The position numbers were made by a program, and so were the translations under genes. This document shows, one piece after another, positions 57,553 through 64,000 of a stretch of 64,000 nt of DNA (the first letter of the stretch is position 1; each line of letters starts with the position of its first letter). This DNA is from Deltaproteobacteria bacterium (GTDB lineage: Bacteria > Myxococcota_A > Polyangia > Fen-1088), in assembly GCA_033763315.1 (NCBI GenBank), contig JANRKS010000031.1, forward strand, positions 96,001 through 160,000, given 5' to 3'. The notes below the pieces were generated by a model. The model was not told where the DNA came from and did no database searches. It worked only from the letters and a program-made list of their open reading frames with translations.

Positions 57553-57718
57553 GGTTAGGGTGGATGCCTTCGCCGCTGCCGGCGCCCGGGTGGGCGAAAC
57601 GGCGCGACCGCTGTTGAAGGGTACGTGTGCGTTTGTTGAAAAATTTGACGCTCTCTGGATCCCCTTTAATGTAGGCGATGTAGGATTCATTCCTACGGTT
57701 AACGACACAGAGGAACAG

Positions 57719-60355
<2,637 letters not shown>

Positions 60356-60441
60356 ACGGCCGCGCCCGGCTTGAACAAAACTGGGCTTCCCCGCGTCATT
60401 ATTACGAGCGGGCAGGGCGGCGGGTGTGGCCTTTCGCTAGG

Positions 60442-61197
60442 ATGACAACGATGCTTTGGACTGCGTTGCAAAAGGTTTGTGTGTTGATCGCTGCCGCCAC
60501 TGGCACGCCGGCTGTACCCGCGAAGGCGGCACCCGTGCCCGCCCCAGCGCCGAGTCGCAGCGCTGAGCCGGCGGTCGCCAAGCCGACTGCGACGGGCTTG
60601 CCGTTGGCCGACGTCATCGCTCGCGTGCAAAAGAGCTACGACGGCGCTCAAAGTTTCAAGGCGCAATTCGAGCAAGCGCAGCTCAACGCCACTTTTGGAC
60701 GCACCACAAAATCCTCGGGCGACGTGACATTCAAGAAGCCTGGTCGCATGCGTTGGGATTACGCGCAGCCTGAAAAGAAGATGTTCGTGTCCAGTGGCGA
60801 TTTGCTGTGGCTATACGAACCTGAAGACAAGCAAGCTTTCAAGCAAGAGCTGAAGCAATCGCAACTGCCTGCGGCTTTGGCATTCTTGATGGGTAAGGGA
60901 CGCTTGTCGGATGAATTCAACATCGAGTTTGCGCCCAAACTCGAATATGGCCGCCCCGGTGACTATCGGCTGTCGCTTAAGCCGAAACAACCGCAGTCAA
61001 GCTACAAGGCGATCTACTTCATCGTTGATCCTGCCAGCTTTCAAGTGCGAGAGACGGTGCTTGTAGACTCGCAGGGCAACATCAACGACGTGACATTCAA
61101 AGACATGGCGTTCAACACCAAGGTCGCCGACGCCATTTTTGTTTGGAAGCCGCCCGCCGGGGTGCGCGTGATCGACGCGGCGAAGGCTCGCCCCTAA
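60442..61197 (+). CDS. lolA: Outer-membrane lipoprotein carrier LolA
   Basis: F.A.FEQ, KKPGRMRWDY..PE; conserved position downstream of ftsK. Confidence 0.88.
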   Translation: MTTMLWTALQKVCVLIAAATGTPAVPAKAAPVPAPAPSRSAEPAVAKPTATGLPLADVIARVQKSYDGAQSFKAQFEQAQLNATFGRTTKSSGDVTFKKPGRMRWDYAQPEKKMFVSSGDLLWLYEPEDKQAFKQELKQSQLPAALAFLMGKGRLSDEFNIEFAPKLEYGRPGDYRLSLKPKQPQSSYKAIYFIVDPASFQVRETVLVDSQGNINDVTFKDMAFNTKVADAIFVWKPPAGVRVIDAAKARP

Positions 61198-61217
61198 GGA
61201 CGCAGTGGGGGCGCGCG

Positions 61218-62102
61218 ATGCGTGCGATCCAGATCGAGACACCCAAGGGCACAGCGCCCTTCTTCTCGTGGCGAAAGCGCAAAGAAGCGGCGTTGAGCTT
61301 TGTCTGGCACTATCACGCCGAGATCGAGCTGACGTACATCATCCGCAGCCGCGGCGTGAGGTTTGTGGGGGATAGCACCGCGCCGTACGCAAGCGGGGAT
61401 CTAGTTTTGGTGGCGCCGTTGGTGCCGCACTCTTGGTCGGGCGATCCATCGTTTCGTGGTGATCACCAGTGTGTGGTGCTGCAGTTTCATCCACGCATGA
61501 TTCCCAACCACGACGCGGGCACCACGGATCAGATCCTGCCATTGTCTCGCCTCATGGCCGACGCCTGCCGTGGCGTGTCGTTCCACGGAACAGTCAAACA
61601 AAAGGCGGCCGCGTTGTTGCGTGACTTGGGGGCGCGACGGCCGCTTGATGGTTTGTCTCGACTTTACGCCTTGCTCGATCTGCTGAGTCAAGCGGGTGGC
61701 AAAGATCGGAGAGTTCTTTCTACGCGCGCTTATGGTGGACCCCTGACGACGCAGGCGGGTGAGACGAACGAGCTTTCGCGGGTGCTGGCATTTGTGTGGA
61801 CCCATCACCGCCACGCAATTTCTTTGCAAGAGGCTGCTGCGTCGATCGGGCGCAGCCCCAGCGCTTTTGCCCGCTTCTTCCGCAAGTCAACCGGTCACAG
61901 CTTCGTTGCATACCTGAATGAATTTCGCATTGCCCAGGCTGCATCCATGCTGCTTGAGCCCAACCACTCCGTCGCGCAAGTGGCACGCTCGGTGGGCTTT
62001 GCGAACTTGGCGCATTTCAATCGCATGTTTTTGCGATTGCGTGGTCAAACGCCCACGGTGTTTCGTCAACGCTTCGCCGCGTTTTTGGCCCCTCGGCTTT
62101 AG
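61218..62102 (+). CDS. AraC-family regulator with cupin-type N-terminal domain
   Basis: WHYHAEIEL...PH; F.R.F...G.SF..YLN..RI; VGF.NLAHFNR.F. Confidence 0.93.
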   Translation: MRAIQIETPKGTAPFFSWRKRKEAALSFVWHYHAEIELTYIIRSRGVRFVGDSTAPYASGDLVLVAPLVPHSWSGDPSFRGDHQCVVLQFHPRMIPNHDAGTTDQILPLSRLMADACRGVSFHGTVKQKAAALLRDLGARRPLDGLSRLYALLDLLSQAGGKDRRVLSTRAYGGPLTTQAGETNELSRVLAFVWTHHRHAISLQEAAASIGRSPSAFARFFRKSTGHSFVAYLNEFRIAQAASMLLEPNHSVAQVARSVGFANLAHFNRMFLRLRGQTPTVFRQRFAAFLAPRL

Positions 62103-62341
62103 CCTGAGACCGCGAGGCGGCGCGATCGTACGTAACATCGGTCGGATCGTATCAGCTGTCCCTGATAGATCTTCATCGTGAACCTAACGCCTGGTCACGC
62201 CGGCGGTATCAAACCCCTGCAAAAGTTCGCTGCATTCGCAGAGATGCGCGGCGTGAGCCCGGCACTTTGGGCACCGACTTTAGTCCTATTGCTGTTGCCC
62301 TAACCGTTGATAGACCACGGATAGGCCATTCCCTGGGTGAG

Positions 62342-62369
62342 CTTAACACGATCGACTTAACACGATCGA
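62342..62369 (+). repeat. Perfect 14-bp tandem duplication directly before the RBS
   Basis: CTTAACACGATCGA twice, then T-AGGAG. Confidence 0.9.
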
Positions 62370-62382
62370 TAGGAGCAGTTCG

Positions 62383-63360
62383 ATGAACCTCAAACATGTG
62401 ATTCTGTGTGGCGCTTTGTCCGTATCGGTTGTTGCTGCGTGTGGAGGCGGCGGTTCCAGCGACGGCGAACCCAACGGCGGCAAGGGCGGAACAGGTGGCA
62501 AAAGTGTCACGGGCGGCAAGGGCGGCACCGCGGGAGGTGGTGTGGCCGGCAAAGGTGGTTCGTCAAATGGTGGCTCAGGTGGATCCAGTGGAGGTTTAGG
62601 TGGATCCAGTGGGGGAATGGGCGGCGGCGCAAACGGTGGTTCATCCGGCACAGGTGGATCTGCTGCGATGACCGGAGCGCCTAAGGACGGCCTCATTGCT
62701 TACTACCCGTTTGATGAAGGTACGGGGACGTCTGTCAAAGACGCGTCCGGAAACAACAATAACGGCATGGCCGTCGAGGGGGGCGTGATCGACTCGCCCG
62801 TCTCTGCGACTGTAAGTTGGTCAGACGGCAAAAAGGGCAAAGCCTTAACCCTGGACGGAACAAACGACTGGGTGAAAGTTCCACGCTCCGATAGCATTGA
62901 CACCACTGGTTTGAACGGCGCTGTCACCGTCGGTGCGTGGGTGAAAATGAGAGAGTATCGGCAGGCGGCGGCAAACTCCGCCTTCAACTTCCTTGTGTGT
63001 CGTCAAGAAGTCGGTACGTCCCACGAACACTTTGGTTTGGCGGTGCTTGAGGGCAAACCGACCGCCGCGGTTCATTTCTTCTTCTCGACCGCGGCTGACG
63101 TGATTGCCCTTGATACATGGACACACCTGGCGATGACTTACGATGGCATCACGCTGGTCGTTTACACGAATGGCGTCCTATCGAACACCTTGGATGTGGG
63201 TTGGCCCATCGCTGCTGATACCACTCCGTTAACGATTGGTGGCGCGCAGAATATCGATACGGTGAAAGAATTTGTCAGCGGAAGTCTGGACGAGGTTTAC
63301 GTCTACAACCGGGCGCTGGATGCCACCGAGATCACCGTTTTGATGAACGCCGCCAACTAG
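62383..63360 (+). CDS. LamG/concanavalin-like lipoprotein with Gly-rich linker
   Basis: Lipobox VAAC; LIAYYPFDEG.G...DASG; WTHLAMTYDG; G.LDEV.VYNRAL. Confidence 0.9.
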   Translation: MNLKHVILCGALSVSVVAACGGGGSSDGEPNGGKGGTGGKSVTGGKGGTAGGGVAGKGGSSNGGSGGSSGGLGGSSGGMGGGANGGSSGTGGSAAMTGAPKDGLIAYYPFDEGTGTSVKDASGNNNNGMAVEGGVIDSPVSATVSWSDGKKGKALTLDGTNDWVKVPRSDSIDTTGLNGAVTVGAWVKMREYRQAAANSAFNFLVCRQEVGTSHEHFGLAVLEGKPTAAVHFFFSTAADVIALDTWTHLAMTYDGITLVVYTNGVLSNTLDVGWPIAADTTPLTIGGAQNIDTVKEFVSGSLDEVYVYNRALDATEITVLMNAAN

Positions 63361-63965
63361 ATGGCGCGCGGCGTTTCACCCACAACGATCGACTCGTTGT
63401 GGGTGAACACCGCTCCGAATGCCGTTGGCAGCGGAAACGAGCATTGGTATCGCAGGCGTATGCTCGCGCCTTCAAACAGCCGAGCGAGCTTGGCAAAATC
63501 GAACGGTTCAACGTGGGTGGGGTCTGAAGCGAAGCCGCGCGCCTGTGGCGCGATAATCACCACCTTGCCCGCTGGTTTCACGAACGGCAGGTACTGAAGA
63601 AGCAATTCGCTCGCCTCAGAAAAGCGCATGTGCTCAACCACGTGCGACAACAACAAGGCGTCGAATCGATCGGGGCGCGCCCAGGGTGATCGAAGAAACT
63701 CTTGGTCGGTATATGCGTCAAGCCCCTTGGCCCTGCACACGGCAACCGCCGCCGCGTTTGTGTCGACGCCCACTCCATGTCCGCCGGCATTGCGCAAGCT
63801 GCGGCCTATGCCACAGCCAACATCCAACACGAAGCCAAGGTTCAGTCGCCGCAAGTACCACCTGTACGGGCGCTGCACATCGAGCAAACGCTTCCACCAG
63901 CGCCCCTGCAGCCGCGCCAAGCGTTCCACGTAGGCGGCGTCGTCGATTTGCGAGGGCCTCTGCAT
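63357..63965 (-). CDS. Class I SAM-dependent methyltransferase
   Basis: VLDVGCGIG, GVD, FD.LL.SHVVEH. Confidence 0.88.
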   Translation of the reverse strand: MQRPSQIDDAAYVERLARLQGRWWKRLLDVQRPYRWYLRRLNLGFVLDVGCGIGRSLRNAGGHGVGVDTNAAAVAVCRAKGLDAYTDQEFLRSPWARPDRFDALLLSHVVEHMRFSEASELLLQYLPFVKPAGKVVIIAPQARGFASDPTHVEPFDFAKLARLFEGASIRLRYQCSFPLPTAFGAVFTHNESIVVGETPRAI

Positions 63966-64000
63966 CTTTTTGCAACGCTAGCGCCCTGGGCAAAGGCTGT

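Overview
GC-rich bacterial DNA with a myxobacterial (Myxococcota, Polyangia-like) gene inventory: Gly/Asp-Ala-rich lipoproteins, an FHA-sigma54 activator, Ser/Thr kinases, PEGA proteins, DUF1592/DUF1552 pairs and MYXO-CTERM-like tails. The window holds about 40 CDS, one tRNA-Val(TAC) and at least three broken genes. I found no rRNA, CRISPR array or transposase. Left part (1-21 kb): secreted/lipoprotein genes, a Kelch/FHA-EBP/kinase/PEGA signalling operon, and two divergent DUF1592-DUF1552 operons with mirror-image sigma54 promoter candidates around a palindromic enhancer-like site that recurs upstream of the EBP operon. Middle (20.7-28.8 kb): gene relics, a metalloprotease and a 1.5-kaa repeat lipoprotein next to the tRNA 3' end (island-like). 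29.7-42 kb: a co-oriented cluster of PEGA, lid-less Hsp70, J-domain, Ser/Thr kinase, a tandemly duplicated pair of uncharacterised lipoproteins and a TPR protein, which is the best candidate for an undescribed system. Right part: HAD, REC-REC-GGDEF-EAL, short LeuA/LysR, ExbBD, histidine kinase, HDOD, M48 plus three AIM24, ftsK-lolA, AraC, LamG and a methyltransferase. All family calls come from motif recognition by eye; no database searches were run.
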